From Myxococcota bacterium (GTDB taxonomy: Bacteria; Myxococcota_A; UBA9042; PHBI01; JAWLBL01), in contig JAWLBL010000003.1 in NCBI GenBank assembly GCA_041687695.1, forward strand, positions 296,109 to 360,108: a stretch of 64,000 nt of DNA, read 5' to 3'. This document shows, in pieces, positions 47,779 through 57,677 of this stretch (position 1 is the stretch's first letter; every line of letters starts with the position of its first letter). The translations under genes and the position numbers were made by a program. The notes beneath the pieces were generated by a model. That model searched no databases, was not told the origin of the DNA, and saw only the letters and a program-made list of their open reading frames with translations.

Positions 47779-48167
47779 CCCGCGGCCGCCTCCTCGTCGT
47801 CGACGACAACCCGGTGAACCTCAAGCTGCTCCGCGTCCTGCTGCGGGCCGAGGGCTTCGACGTCGCGACGGCCGACGACGCCCCCTCCGCCCTCGACGCC
47901 CTCGCCGAAGGTGGCCCCTCCTACGACGCCGTCCTCGTCGACATCCAGCTGCCCGGCGTCGACGGGCTCGACCTCACCCGCGCCGTGCGCGCCGACGCCG
48001 CCCACCCCGACCTGGTCGTCGTCGCCGTCACGGCCTACGCCATGGTCGGCGACGAGGACCGCGCCCTCCGGGCCGGCTGCGACGCCTACGTCACCAAGCC
48101 CATCGACACCCGCGCGCTGCCCAGGCTCCTCGACGCCCTGATCACCAGCCGCCGGGCGGAGCGCTGA
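47775..48167 (+). CDS. Single-domain response regulator (DivK-like)
   Basis: GTG overlapping the upstream TGA; LVVDDNPVN, VDIQLPGVDG, VTAYAMVGD, YVTKPID. Confidence 0.9.
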
Positions 48168-48178
48168 GGAGGTCCGAC

Positions 48179-51064
48179 GTGCCCGCGCACCCCGCCCCCG
48201 ATCGCCAGAGCGTCCTCGTCGTCGAGGACAACCCCGTCACGCGCAAGCTCGTCCGCGTCGCGCTCGAGGCCGAGGGCTATCGCGTCCTCGAGGCGCGCGA
48301 CGGCGGGCGCGCGGTCGCCTTGCTCGCCGCCGAGGCGCCCGATCTCGTCATCCAGGACCTCGTCCTGCCCGACATGGACGGCTTGGCCCTCATCGAGCGC
48401 CTGCGCGCCACGGGCCGCGGCGCCGAGATCCCCATCCTGGCCTTCTCCGGCCTCATCCAGCAGCTCGAGGACCAGCGCCTGGCCCGCGCCGGCTTCGACG
48501 ACCTGATGCTCAAGCCCATCGAGCCCTCGCGCCTGGTCGACGTCGTGCGCGCCCACCTGCCGCAGCCGGTCGCGCCCAGCCGCCTGCCGGGCGCCGGCCG
48601 CCACGTCGTCCTCGCCGACGACGACCCGGTGCAGCGCAAGCTCACGCGCGTGCGCTTGGAGCAGCTCGGCTTCGCGGTCACCACGGCGGCCGACGGCGCC
48701 GAGGCCCTCGAGCTGGCGCGCCGCCTTCGCCCCGACGTCCTGGTGAGCGACGTGCTGATGCCGCGCCTCGACGGCTTCGGCCTCTGCCTCGAGGCGCGCC
48801 AGGACCCGCGCCTGTCGGACCTGCCCATCGTCCTGGTCACCTCGTCTTACATCGAGGCCGAGGACCGCGCCCTCGCCGAGCAGGCCGGCGCCGACGCCTT
48901 CATCGTCCGCACGCCCGATCTGCGCGAGCTGCTCCAGACGCTCGAGGCCCCGCTGGGCCGGGTCGACCCGCGCCCGCCGCCCGCCGCCGCCGAGGCCCTG
49001 GCCTTGGACGAGCAGCGCAACCGGCGCCTGCTGAGCCAGCTCGACCGCCACCTGGCCGTCAACGCCAGCCTCGCCCGTCGCGCCTCGACGCTGGCGGCCG
49101 GCCTCACCGTCCTCGGCGGCGTCTCGGACGCCATCCTGGCCTCGCGCGACGTGCACGCGGCGCTCGCCGACGTCCTCGCCCGCTGCCTGGACGCCATCGG
49201 CGTGTCTCGGGGCGCCATCTTCCTGGTGCAGGACGCGCGCCTGAGCGTCGCCGCGTCGCACGGCTTCGAGGACACGCCGCCCGAGCGCCTCGAGTCCTTC
49301 TTCGGCCAGCCGGGCCTGCTCCGCGCGACCATCCTGGGCGCCCAAGCCTTCGAGCTGACGCCGAGCGATCCCGCCGCCCACCCGGTCCTCGAGGTGCTCG
49401 CCCCGGGCGCCACCCTGCTCCCGCTCACCTGCAGCGACGAGCGCCTCGGCGCACTGCTCATCGACGCGCCGCCCGCGCCGGTCCCTCAGCGGCACGGGGA
49501 CCAGGCGTGGGGCGAGGACTGGCGCAGCTTCGCGCGCAGCATCGCCACCCAGATCAGCGTCGCCCTGGCGCTCGCCCGCACCTTCGAGCGCATGGCCGCC
49601 TCCGAGCAGCGCCGCCGGCTGCTGATGGAGAGCGCGCACGACGCGATGCTGGTCGTCTCGGCGGGCGGCCTGGTGGTCGAGGCCAACGTCGCCGCCGACC
49701 AGCTGTTCGGTCTGCCGCTCGACGGCACCGAGGGACGCCGCCTGAACGACCTCATCCCGGGGGTCGGCCGCGAGCTGTACGATCCGGCGGCGCCCAGCGG
49801 CATCCACCCCCTGGTCGTGCGGCGGCCGGACGGCGCCGAGACGCCGGTCGAGGCCACCAGCGCCCACGTCACCCTGCGCGACGAGGCCTTGTCGCTGGTC
49901 GTCCTGCGCGACGTCACCGAGCGCGAGGCCCTCGAGGCGCAGCTGCGCCAGGCGCAGAAGATGGAGGCGATGGGCCTGCTCGCGGGCGGCGTCGCGCACG
50001 ACTTCAACAACCTGCTCGCCGTCGTGCTGATGTGCTCGCAGTTCCTGCTCGACGACCTGCCCGCCGACGACCCGCGGCGCGAGGACGTCGAGGAGATCCT
50101 GGCGGCCGGGCAGCGCGGCGCCGGGCTGACGCGCCAGCTGCTGGCCTTCGGGCGGCGTCAGGTGCTGCAGCCCGAGGCGCTCGTCCTGAGCGAGGCCGTC
50201 GCCGAGATCGGCAAGATGCTGCGACGCCTCATCGGCGAGGACATCACCCTGGCGCTCGAGCTGGCCCCGGCGCTGCCGACCTGCCTGGCCGACCCGGGGC
50301 AGATCGAGCAGGTCCTGGTGAACCTGGTCGTCAACGCGCGCGACGCGATGCCCGGCGGGGGCCGCATCACCGTGACCACCGGCCTCGACCCCCAGCACGA
50401 CGACTGGGTCGTCCTGGCGGTCGCCGACACCGGCGTCGGCATGCCGCCCGAGGTCCGCGCGCGCATCTTCGAGCCGTTCTACACGACCAAGGGCCCGGGG
50501 CGCGGCACCGGCCTCGGCCTGTCGACGGTGCTCGGCATCGTCGAGCAGTCCGGCGGCCGGGTCGAGGTCGACAGCGTCCCCGGCGCCGGCACCATCTTTC
50601 GCGTCCTGCTGCCGCGCCACCGCGGCCCCGCCCCCACCCGCGCTGCCGCCCGCCCGGCCCGTATCCGACGCAAGGGCGTCGAGACGGTGCTGCTCGCCGA
50701 GGACGACGTGCGCCTGCGCACCGGCATGGCGCGCGTGCTCGGGGCGGCCGGCTACCGGCTGCTGCTGGCCGCCGACGGCGACGAGGCGGTCGAGGTCGCG
50801 ACCCGCCACCCGGGGCCCATCCCGCTCATGGTGGCCGACGTCGTGATGCCCGGCCTCAACGGCCCCGAGGCGGCCGAGCGCGTCCGCCAGCTCCACCCCG
50901 AGACCGAGGTCCTCTTCGTCTCGGGCTACTTCGACCACACCGCCCTGTCGGCCCCCCTGCTCGCCGGCGGCGCCCACTTCCTGCCCAAGCCCTTCACCCC
51001 TGACGCCCTGACCCGCAAGCTCGACGAGCTCCTCGGCGCCCGCGCCCACACCACCACGGGCTGA
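48179..51064 (+). CDS. Hybrid histidine kinase: REC-REC-GAF-PAS-HisKA-HATPase-REC
   Basis: AQKMEAMGLLAGGVAHDFNNLL, NLVVNARDAM, FEPFYTTKGPGRGTGLGL; three REC domains with Asp retained. Confidence 0.92.
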   Translation: MPAHPAPDRQSVLVVEDNPVTRKLVRVALEAEGYRVLEARDGGRAVALLAAEAPDLVIQDLVLPDMDGLALIERLRATGRGAEIPILAFSGLIQQLEDQRLARAGFDDLMLKPIEPSRLVDVVRAHLPQPVAPSRLPGAGRHVVLADDDPVQRKLTRVRLEQLGFAVTTAADGAEALELARRLRPDVLVSDVLMPRLDGFGLCLEARQDPRLSDLPIVLVTSSYIEAEDRALAEQAGADAFIVRTPDLRELLQTLEAPLGRVDPRPPPAAAEALALDEQRNRRLLSQLDRHLAVNASLARRASTLAAGLTVLGGVSDAILASRDVHAALADVLARCLDAIGVSRGAIFLVQDARLSVAASHGFEDTPPERLESFFGQPGLLRATILGAQAFELTPSDPAAHPVLEVLAPGATLLPLTCSDERLGALLIDAPPAPVPQRHGDQAWGEDWRSFARSIATQISVALALARTFERMAASEQRRRLLMESAHDAMLVVSAGGLVVEANVAADQLFGLPLDGTEGRRLNDLIPGVGRELYDPAAPSGIHPLVVRRPDGAETPVEATSAHVTLRDEALSLVVLRDVTEREALEAQLRQAQKMEAMGLLAGGVAHDFNNLLAVVLMCSQFLLDDLPADDPRREDVEEILAAGQRGAGLTRQLLAFGRRQVLQPEALVLSEAVAEIGKMLRRLIGEDITLALELAPALPTCLADPGQIEQVLVNLVVNARDAMPGGGRITVTTGLDPQHDDWVVLAVADTGVGMPPEVRARIFEPFYTTKGPGRGTGLGLSTVLGIVEQSGGRVEVDSVPGAGTIFRVLLPRHRGPAPTRAAARPARIRRKGVETVLLAEDDVRLRTGMARVLGAAGYRLLLAADGDEAVEVATRHPGPIPLMVADVVMPGLNGPEAAERVRQLHPETEVLFVSGYFDHTALSAPLLAGGAHFLPKPFTPDALTRKLDELLGARAHTTTG

Positions 51065-51173
51065 CCGCGTCACGGGCTCCAGCGCGACGGATCGCGCCCG
51101 ACTTCCGGCGAGCGCGCTCGGCCGATACCCTGCCGCCTCACCCATCGCCACGCGCTGGCCCGAGGTCTCGTCC

Positions 51174-52031
51174 ATGCCCATCGCCGCCGCCCTCGCCTCC
51201 CTCCTCGTCCTGCTCTCGGTGGCCCTCACGGCCAAGCCCGCGCGCGCCTGCAGCTGCGCGTTCGAGTTCGAGACGCGTGCGCTGCTCCCGCGCCCGAACC
51301 AGATCGACGTACCGACCAACACTCGGGTCACCGTGCTCCGGCCCCCGGAACGCTCGTTCGCAGTGAACCTCATCGCGCCCGACGGCACGTCGATCCCCCT
51401 CACGCGCACCAACCGCTTCCGCCTCGGACCGGACCTCGTCGAGGTCGCCGCGCCGCCGAGCGACCTCGCGCCCAACACGACGTACGGCGTGGACGTCGTC
51501 GGCAACGGCGAGCCCGACTTCATGTTCACTACGGGCGCGGCACCCGACGACAGCCCACCGCCCGAGCCCAAGCTCGGCCTGGCGAAGTACACGGAGGAAG
51601 GCGGCGGCCTGTTCGGCGGCATGTCCTCGTGCGGCGAGTCCAAGATCTGGACGCTCCCCGTCCGCTTCGACCCGCTCGACGGCACGGTGTTGCTCCTCAC
51701 CGAGGTCGACGGAAGCATCTCCAGCCCCACCGCGCCCGGCGACAATGCGCTCGCCGAATTCAGAAGCGTCGCCGAGGGCCGCCGCGAGGCGTCGGTCACG
51801 GTCGGCCAGTTCGCCTGCAATGCGGGCCTCGCCGCCAAGGAGGGCGCCCGGATCCGAGTCGCCCTGCTCGACATGTCGGGCCAGCTCTCCGGCTGGTCCG
51901 GCGCGCGCACCCTGGACGACGGGTGCAACGGCGGCGGCGACGGCGCGACGGCCGCGTCCCTGGGGCTGTCCCTCCTGGCGCTGGCCGCCGTCCGCCGCCG
52001 GCGGCCTCAGCCTCCGCAGCAGGCGTCGTAG
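51174..52031 (+). CDS. Secreted protein with an Ig-like domain and a MYXO-CTERM-like sorting tail
   Basis: Signal ending ARA-CSC; DVPTNT..LAPNTTY..FTTG (Big_5-like); tail GCNGGG..LSLLALAAVRRRR. Confidence 0.78.
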   Translation: MPIAAALASLLVLLSVALTAKPARACSCAFEFETRALLPRPNQIDVPTNTRVTVLRPPERSFAVNLIAPDGTSIPLTRTNRFRLGPDLVEVAAPPSDLAPNTTYGVDVVGNGEPDFMFTTGAAPDDSPPPEPKLGLAKYTEEGGGLFGGMSSCGESKIWTLPVRFDPLDGTVLLLTEVDGSISSPTAPGDNALAEFRSVAEGRREASVTVGQFACNAGLAAKEGARIRVALLDMSGQLSGWSGARTLDDGCNGGGDGATAASLGLSLLALAAVRRRRPQPPQQAS

Positions 52032-54982
52032 TCCTCGCAGCAGTCGCCGTTGCCCACGCAGGTCGCGTCGCAGTAGCACCCGCCCGGCGCCGGGCTCGAC
52101 GACCCGCAGTGTCCGGCGCAGGTCGCGCCCGCGTCCGCTCCGCACTGGCCGGCGGCCGCCTCGCAGTAGAACTGATCGTTACACACCTGGCCCGCCTCGC
52201 ACGACCCGCACGAGCCGCCGCAGCCGTCCGAGCCGCACAGCTTGAGCGTGCACTCGGGCTCGCACGGGCCCTGCATGGGGGCGCCCGGGCAGTAGACCCC
52301 ATAGGCCAGCGACCCGGCCATCGTCGTCTGCAGGACGCCCAGGTGCAGCCGGTTGTGCGTGTCCACGACCACGTTCACCGCGCTCGGCCACGTAGGGCCG
52401 TTCCAAGGGATCGCGCCCAGCGGGGCCAAGCCGTCGGCGGTCATCTCGGCGAACACCAGATCGTCGGTCTCGAGCCACGCGGCGAGGATGACGCCATCCT
52501 GGGTCGTCGTCAGATAGGGCGCGCTGGCGCCCTCGATCGTGTCGACCAGGCCGCCGGAGCTCGCCGCCTCGTCCAGCCGCAGCGTGAGCTTGCCGTCCTT
52601 GGTGTAGGCCACGCCCAGGTCCCCGCCGGCCGAGACCGCGAGCCGCACGTTCGACGCGCCGACCTCGGCCCAGATGTCGGTGGTCGTCCCATCCGGGTGC
52701 GTCACGCGGATGTCGTTGCCCACGGGGCGGGCCGTGTACAGGCCGAGGTCTGGCGTGAAGAACAGCGAGACGTCTTCGCCCTCCAGCGCGCTCGGGGCCA
52801 GCTCGGCCATCGTCCATTCCTCCGCGGCCGTCTTTCGGTGGGCCACCATCGTCTTGCCGGTCGCCTGGTCCACGTACGCCCAGGCCACGGCCGTCCCGCG
52901 CGCGGCCGTCGAGATGACGTCCCAGTAGCTGTTCGTCGAGGACGTCGCGTCCAAGGACGTCGGGGTCTCGCCGCTGACCGCGACCAGCTGGGCCATCACG
53001 GGCGAGCTCCCGTACTTGTAGGCCACATAGACCTCGCCGTCCCCGGCAGCGATCGTCGCGATGCCCACGGGGTCGGTCGCCAGGGTCACCTCGTCCGTCC
53101 ACCCTTTCAGCAGCTTCAGTTTGCCGCCGGTCCCCTCGTTGACCACCCCGACCGGCATCGTCCCGTGCATGGCGAAGTAGTCGCGCGACCAGATCGGCGA
53201 CTTGCCCGAGACCGGCTCGAACATGATCTTCGGTGGGCGGTTGCAGCCCAGGCACTCCGGCAGCTCGTCGGTCTGCCCGTCGCAGTCGTTGTCCAGGCCG
53301 TCGCAGCTGACCTCGGTCGCCTCGTAGTGCGGGCTGACCGCCAGGTACTCCGCGGCCTCGCACACCCAGCCCTTGGCGCCCTTGCAGGCCGCCACCGCCC
53401 CGGCGCACACCCCTTGCTGCTTGTCGCACGCCGCCGGTGTCCCGATCTCGGGCGCCTCGTCCGTCTCGCCGTCGCAGTCGTCGTCGACGCCGTTGCAGGT
53501 CTCGACCGGCGTCGCCGCGCAGCCGCCGCAGGCGTTGACGTCGCAGCACTGCCCCCCGACGCACCCCGTGGTCTGGCAATCGCTCGCGCTCTCGCACGCG
53601 TCGCCCGCCGGGCACGGATCGCAGGCCCCGCCGCCGCAGTCCACGTCCGTCTCGGGGCCGCTCTTCACGCCATCCTGGCAGCTCGCGCACACCCCGTCGT
53701 CGCAGCGCCCCGAGACGCAGTCGCCAGCGCCCAGGCACGCGCCCCCATCCGGACAGGTGGCGCCGCAGGCCCCGCCGCAGTCCACCCCCGTCTCGTCGCC
53801 GTTCTGCTGCCCGTCCTCGCAGCTGACGCACACCTCGTCCTCGCACACGCCCGAGGCGCAGTCGTCGCCGTCCTCGCAGGCCTGGCCCGCCGCGCAGCCG
53901 CCGCACTTGGGGCCGCCGCAGTCGACGTCCGTCTCGCCCTGGTTGCGCTGGCCGTCGTCACACGTCGGCGCCTGGCAGACGCCGAAGACGCAGGCGTCGG
54001 ACAAGCAGTCGCTCTGCTTGATGCAGCCCTTGCCCAGCGCGCACGGCGAGCAGGCCCCGCCGCCGCAGTCCACGTCCGTCTCGCCCTGGTTCTTCTCGCC
54101 GTCCTGGCAGCTCGCGGGCAACGCGCACGTTCCTGCCTCGCACAGCGCCGACAAGCAGTCGCCGTCGACCTCACAGGCCTTGCCCAGGCCGCACCCGTCG
54201 CAGCCGCCGCCGCAGTCCACGTCCGTCTCGTCGCCGTTCTTCACGCCGTCGTCGCACGCCGGCGGCACCTCGGCGCAGACGCCGCCGTCGCACTTGCCAC
54301 TCTCACAGTCGCCGCCCGACTGGCACGTGTCGCCGAGGCCGCACCCGGGGCACCCGCCACCGCAGTCTACGTCGGTCTCGGTGCCGTTGCGGACCCCGTC
54401 ACTGCAGGTCGGGCTGGCGCAGAGGCCGGCCTTGCAGAAGCCGCTGATGCAGTTGCCGTCGTGAAGGCAGCCGTTCCCGTCGGCGCACAGCGGGCACTCG
54501 CCCGCGCAGTCCACGCCGGTCTCGGCGCCGTTCTTCACACCGTCGTTGCAGGTGGGCTCGGAGCAGACCCCCGCCTTGCAGTACCCGCTGACGCACTGCG
54601 CGTCGTCGCTGCACGACCCGCCGAAGCACGTGGGGCAGCTGCCGCCGCAGTCGACGCCGGTCTCGCCCGGGTCCTGCGTGCCGTTGGCGCAGGTCGCGGG
54701 GAGGCACACGTAGGCCACACCGCACGTGCCGCTCGCGCAGTCGTCGCCCGCGAGGCACGCCTTGCCGTCCGCGCAGGGGCCGCAGCTCCCGCCACAGTCG
54801 ACGTCGGTCTCGTCGCCGCCCTTTTCGCCGTCCGCGCAGCCGTCCTTGGGCCCGCCGTCCTCGGCGTCCGAGTCCCCCTGGCCCACGTCGGGCAGCGGTG
54901 CCGAGGGCTGGCCACCCGGCGCGTCGCACGCGACGAGGGGGAGCGCGAGCACGAACGAAACGAACGCCAGCTTCATGCGCAT
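52007..54982 (-). CDS. Cys-rich repeat lipoprotein with a C-terminal somatomedin-B-like domain
   Basis: Lipobox LVAC; nine C-x-D/N-G-x5-E-T-x-V-D-C-G/A-G repeats; two CxGxDxDCDGxTDE repeats; ends CAGHC..CYCDATCVGNGDCCEDYDACC. Confidence 0.85.
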   Translation of the reverse strand: MRMKLAFVSFVLALPLVACDAPGGQPSAPLPDVGQGDSDAEDGGPKDGCADGEKGGDETDVDCGGSCGPCADGKACLAGDDCASGTCGVAYVCLPATCANGTQDPGETGVDCGGSCPTCFGGSCSDDAQCVSGYCKAGVCSEPTCNDGVKNGAETGVDCAGECPLCADGNGCLHDGNCISGFCKAGLCASPTCSDGVRNGTETDVDCGGGCPGCGLGDTCQSGGDCESGKCDGGVCAEVPPACDDGVKNGDETDVDCGGGCDGCGLGKACEVDGDCLSALCEAGTCALPASCQDGEKNQGETDVDCGGGACSPCALGKGCIKQSDCLSDACVFGVCQAPTCDDGQRNQGETDVDCGGPKCGGCAAGQACEDGDDCASGVCEDEVCVSCEDGQQNGDETGVDCGGACGATCPDGGACLGAGDCVSGRCDDGVCASCQDGVKSGPETDVDCGGGACDPCPAGDACESASDCQTTGCVGGQCCDVNACGGCAATPVETCNGVDDDCDGETDEAPEIGTPAACDKQQGVCAGAVAACKGAKGWVCEAAEYLAVSPHYEATEVSCDGLDNDCDGQTDELPECLGCNRPPKIMFEPVSGKSPIWSRDYFAMHGTMPVGVVNEGTGGKLKLLKGWTDEVTLATDPVGIATIAAGDGEVYVAYKYGSSPVMAQLVAVSGETPTSLDATSSTNSYWDVISTAARGTAVAWAYVDQATGKTMVAHRKTAAEEWTMAELAPSALEGEDVSLFFTPDLGLYTARPVGNDIRVTHPDGTTTDIWAEVGASNVRLAVSAGGDLGVAYTKDGKLTLRLDEAASSGGLVDTIEGASAPYLTTTQDGVILAAWLETDDLVFAEMTADGLAPLGAIPWNGPTWPSAVNVVVDTHNRLHLGVLQTTMAGSLAYGVYCPGAPMQGPCEPECTLKLCGSDGCGGSCGSCEAGQVCNDQFYCEAAAGQCGADAGATCAGHCGSSSPAPGGCYCDATCVGNGDCCEDYDACCGG

Positions 54983-55124
54983 GACAGCGGACTCCGAGGA
55001 AGGGTGGGGTCGAGGCGGCGGCAACCTAATCATCGAGACCGCTCGACTCAACGGGTCGCGTCGACTTCACGCGTCGGTCTCCGCCGCGCTGGCGCCGACC
55101 ATCCAGAACGCTTAGCGTTCGGCC

Positions 55125-56501
55125 ATGCGGACACCCCACCTCGTCGGCGCACCGGGCGTCCTGGTCGCGGTCATGAGCCTGCTCGGCTGCGGTCGAGCTG
55201 AGGTCGTCGAGGCGACCACCCCACCTCCCGAGCCCCCCGCCACCACCCTCGACACCACCGCCCGGCGGCCGCCCTGGCCTCTGGTCGCGACCGAGCTGTG
55301 GCGCACGGAGCTGGGCGGCTGGGTCCCGCGCCGCATCGCCCCGCGCGCCTCGGGTGGCCACCTGACCGCCTGGCACGCCGCCGCAGAGGCCAAAGGTCCC
55401 GCCTTGCCGGTGCCCGCCACCGGGGCCGGCAACCTGCTGGTCACGGCGACCGACCCCAAGGGCGCCTTCCTCTGGGCCACCCGCGTGGGCGCTGCCGAGG
55501 ACGCCGAGATCGAGGACCTCACGGCCGTCGGCGACGAGGCCGTCCTGGCCGTCCGCTCCATCGACCCGCTCGCGGTCGCCGAGCAGCGCCTCGCCCCGCG
55601 CGCCCCGACCGACCCCTTCGACCTTCCGACCGTCTCGGCGATCGTCCGCCTCGACGCCGCCGGCGCCCCCCGCGCCCTGCGCGCCCTGCCCGACGAGCCC
55701 CAGGACATCGCCCTGGCCGCGGCTGCAGACGGCGATCTCTTCGTCGGGCTGTCGTGGATGGGCCAGGACGCCTTCTTCGGCCCGGCGCGCCTGATGCGCC
55801 AGGCCCCCGACGGCACCACCCGCTGGCAGCGCCAGCTCGACGCCCTCGAACTCTACCGCCTGCGCGTCCACGGCGACCACCTGCTCGCCTCGGTCCGGGC
55901 CGACGACCGGCTCTCCCTGTGGCTGCTCGATCCGACGACCGGGCAGACGCGCCACGACTACGCCATCACCAAGCTCCCCAGCATGGGTGACCTGGGGACC
56001 CTCGCCGGCGCCGCCCCCGCCGGGGCGGGCTGGGTCGCCTTCGGCGAGACCGGCGACGACGTCCAGGTCGCCGGCGTCCCCCACGGGCGCCCCAGCTACG
56101 CCATCCAGCCCTTCGTCCTCCACGCGGCCGCCGACGGCGCCCTGCGCTTCGCCGATCTGGCCGACCTCACCGCCTGGGTCCCCGCCGTCGGCACCCTGGC
56201 CGGCGCCCCCGCCGCCGCCTTCGACGTCATCCACACCGGCGCCGACCCGGCGCTGCACCGCGGCGTCTACCTGGCGGTCGCCGCCGACCCGGCCCGGCCC
56301 GCCCTGCTCCCGGTCTACCAGTACCGCTACGAGGACGACGACTGGCAGCGCAACCCCGCCGAGACCGTCCTGGGCGACCCCTTCCGCCTCGACGCCGGCC
56401 ACCTCGCGGGCGACCTCGCCACCCTGGCCGGCCGCTGCGGCCTCGAGTCCAACCCGCGCTCCGGCTGCCTCGTCCAGGTCCGCGTCGCGCCCGCCCAGTG
56501 A
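55125..56501 (+). CDS. Lipoprotein, possibly a beta-propeller; function unknown
   Basis: Lipobox LLGC; repeated DxxGxxxW blade-like motifs (DPKGAFLW, PDGTTRW). Confidence 0.65.
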   Translation: MRTPHLVGAPGVLVAVMSLLGCGRAEVVEATTPPPEPPATTLDTTARRPPWPLVATELWRTELGGWVPRRIAPRASGGHLTAWHAAAEAKGPALPVPATGAGNLLVTATDPKGAFLWATRVGAAEDAEIEDLTAVGDEAVLAVRSIDPLAVAEQRLAPRAPTDPFDLPTVSAIVRLDAAGAPRALRALPDEPQDIALAAAADGDLFVGLSWMGQDAFFGPARLMRQAPDGTTRWQRQLDALELYRLRVHGDHLLASVRADDRLSLWLLDPTTGQTRHDYAITKLPSMGDLGTLAGAAPAGAGWVAFGETGDDVQVAGVPHGRPSYAIQPFVLHAAADGALRFADLADLTAWVPAVGTLAGAPAAAFDVIHTGADPALHRGVYLAVAADPARPALLPVYQYRYEDDDWQRNPAETVLGDPFRLDAGHLAGDLATLAGRCGLESNPRSGCLVQVRVAPAQ

Positions 56502-56508
56502 GCCTCGC

Positions 56509-57534
56509 TCAGTCCGGGTAGCCGACCATCTTGCCGGCCTCGGCGTCCCACAGCTTCAGCCGGAAGCAGGCCACGATGTCCCGCGGCCGCAGCGACGTCT
56601 TGCCCGGCTGCTGCAGCTCGGGCAGCGCGGCCATCGCCTCGGGCAGCCGGTAGAACGGGATGGACGGGTTCAGGTGGTGCACGTGGTGGTAGCCGATGTT
56701 GCCGCAGAACCAGCGCATCAGCGGGCCCATCTCCATGTAGCTCGACGACTCGAGCGCGGCGTGCGCGTACGTCCACTCGGTCCGCGGCTTCACGTCGACG
56801 TCCGGGTAGTTGTGCTGGGCGTAGAACAGGTAGCCGCCGGCCGCCGAGGCCACGAACAGCGGCAGGAACAGGCCGAACACGTACGCCTGCCACAGCCCCA
56901 GCCCGATGAGCGTCGCCGCCGCCGCGACGTGCAGCGCCAGGGCCAGCGCCGAGTCCCAGTTCTTCTTGGGGTTGCGCTTGAAGGCCGACACGCACATGCC
57001 GCCGATGAAGATGGTGAAGAACCCGAACAGGATGGTCAGCGGGTGGCGGATGAGCTTGTACATGCGCTTTTGCGCCGGGCTCATCTTGCGCCACATGTCG
57101 GTCGAGACCATCAGGTACGAGCCGATGTGGCTGCCGACCAGCTTGGCGGTGTGCGCGTGGTGGTAGTTGTGGGTCTCCTTCCACACGCGCTTGGGCGTCA
57201 GCAGCACCAGCCCGACGACGGTGAACAGCGCCTTGGCCACCGAGGAGCGGCGCAGCAGCGCGCCGTGCATGTGGTCGTGGAAGAAGATGAAGACGCGGAC
57301 CATCACCAGGCCCGAGATCACGGCCGCCGCCGCGCGCGCCGTCCACCAGGGGGCCAGCAGCGCCGTCGCCGTCGTCGCGCCCAGCACGGCCAGCGTGCTC
57401 AGGACGTGCAGCCAGCTGCGCCGCGTGTCCTCGACCGCGAACGGCTTGGTCGCCAGGATGAGGTCCTTGCCGTCGCGCCCGTCCGCCGCGGGGCGCGCGC
57501 CCTCGCCGGCCGCGTGCTCAACCATCGTCGCCAT
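56509..57534 (-). CDS. Membrane fatty-acid desaturase
   Basis: His boxes HDHMH, HNYHH, HHVHH; IPFYRL. Confidence 0.93.
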   Translation of the reverse strand: MATMVEHAAGEGARPAADGRDGKDLILATKPFAVEDTRRSWLHVLSTLAVLGATTATALLAPWWTARAAAAVISGLVMVRVFIFFHDHMHGALLRRSSVAKALFTVVGLVLLTPKRVWKETHNYHHAHTAKLVGSHIGSYLMVSTDMWRKMSPAQKRMYKLIRHPLTILFGFFTIFIGGMCVSAFKRNPKKNWDSALALALHVAAAATLIGLGLWQAYVFGLFLPLFVASAAGGYLFYAQHNYPDVDVKPRTEWTYAHAALESSSYMEMGPLMRWFCGNIGYHHVHHLNPSIPFYRLPEAMAALPELQQPGKTSLRPRDIVACFRLKLWDAEAGKMVGYPD

Positions 57535-57619
57535 GGCGGTGCCTCCTCGTAGGAACGACGGGGGATTACCCGAGCCCGCGCCGCCTCGCAACCGAGCGGT
57601 GGCTCGGCCTTCGAAATGG

Positions 57620-57658
57620 CGGAGGCGGCGCCCAGGTCGTCCCCGAACGCCGCCTCCG
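57620..57658 (-). terminator. GC-rich stem-loop downstream of the lipoprotein gene
   Basis: CGGAGGCGGCG...CGCCGCCTCCG 11-bp stem, large loop, weak U tract. Confidence 0.4.
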
Positions 57659-57677
57659 GCTCACGCGTCGCTCGCGA

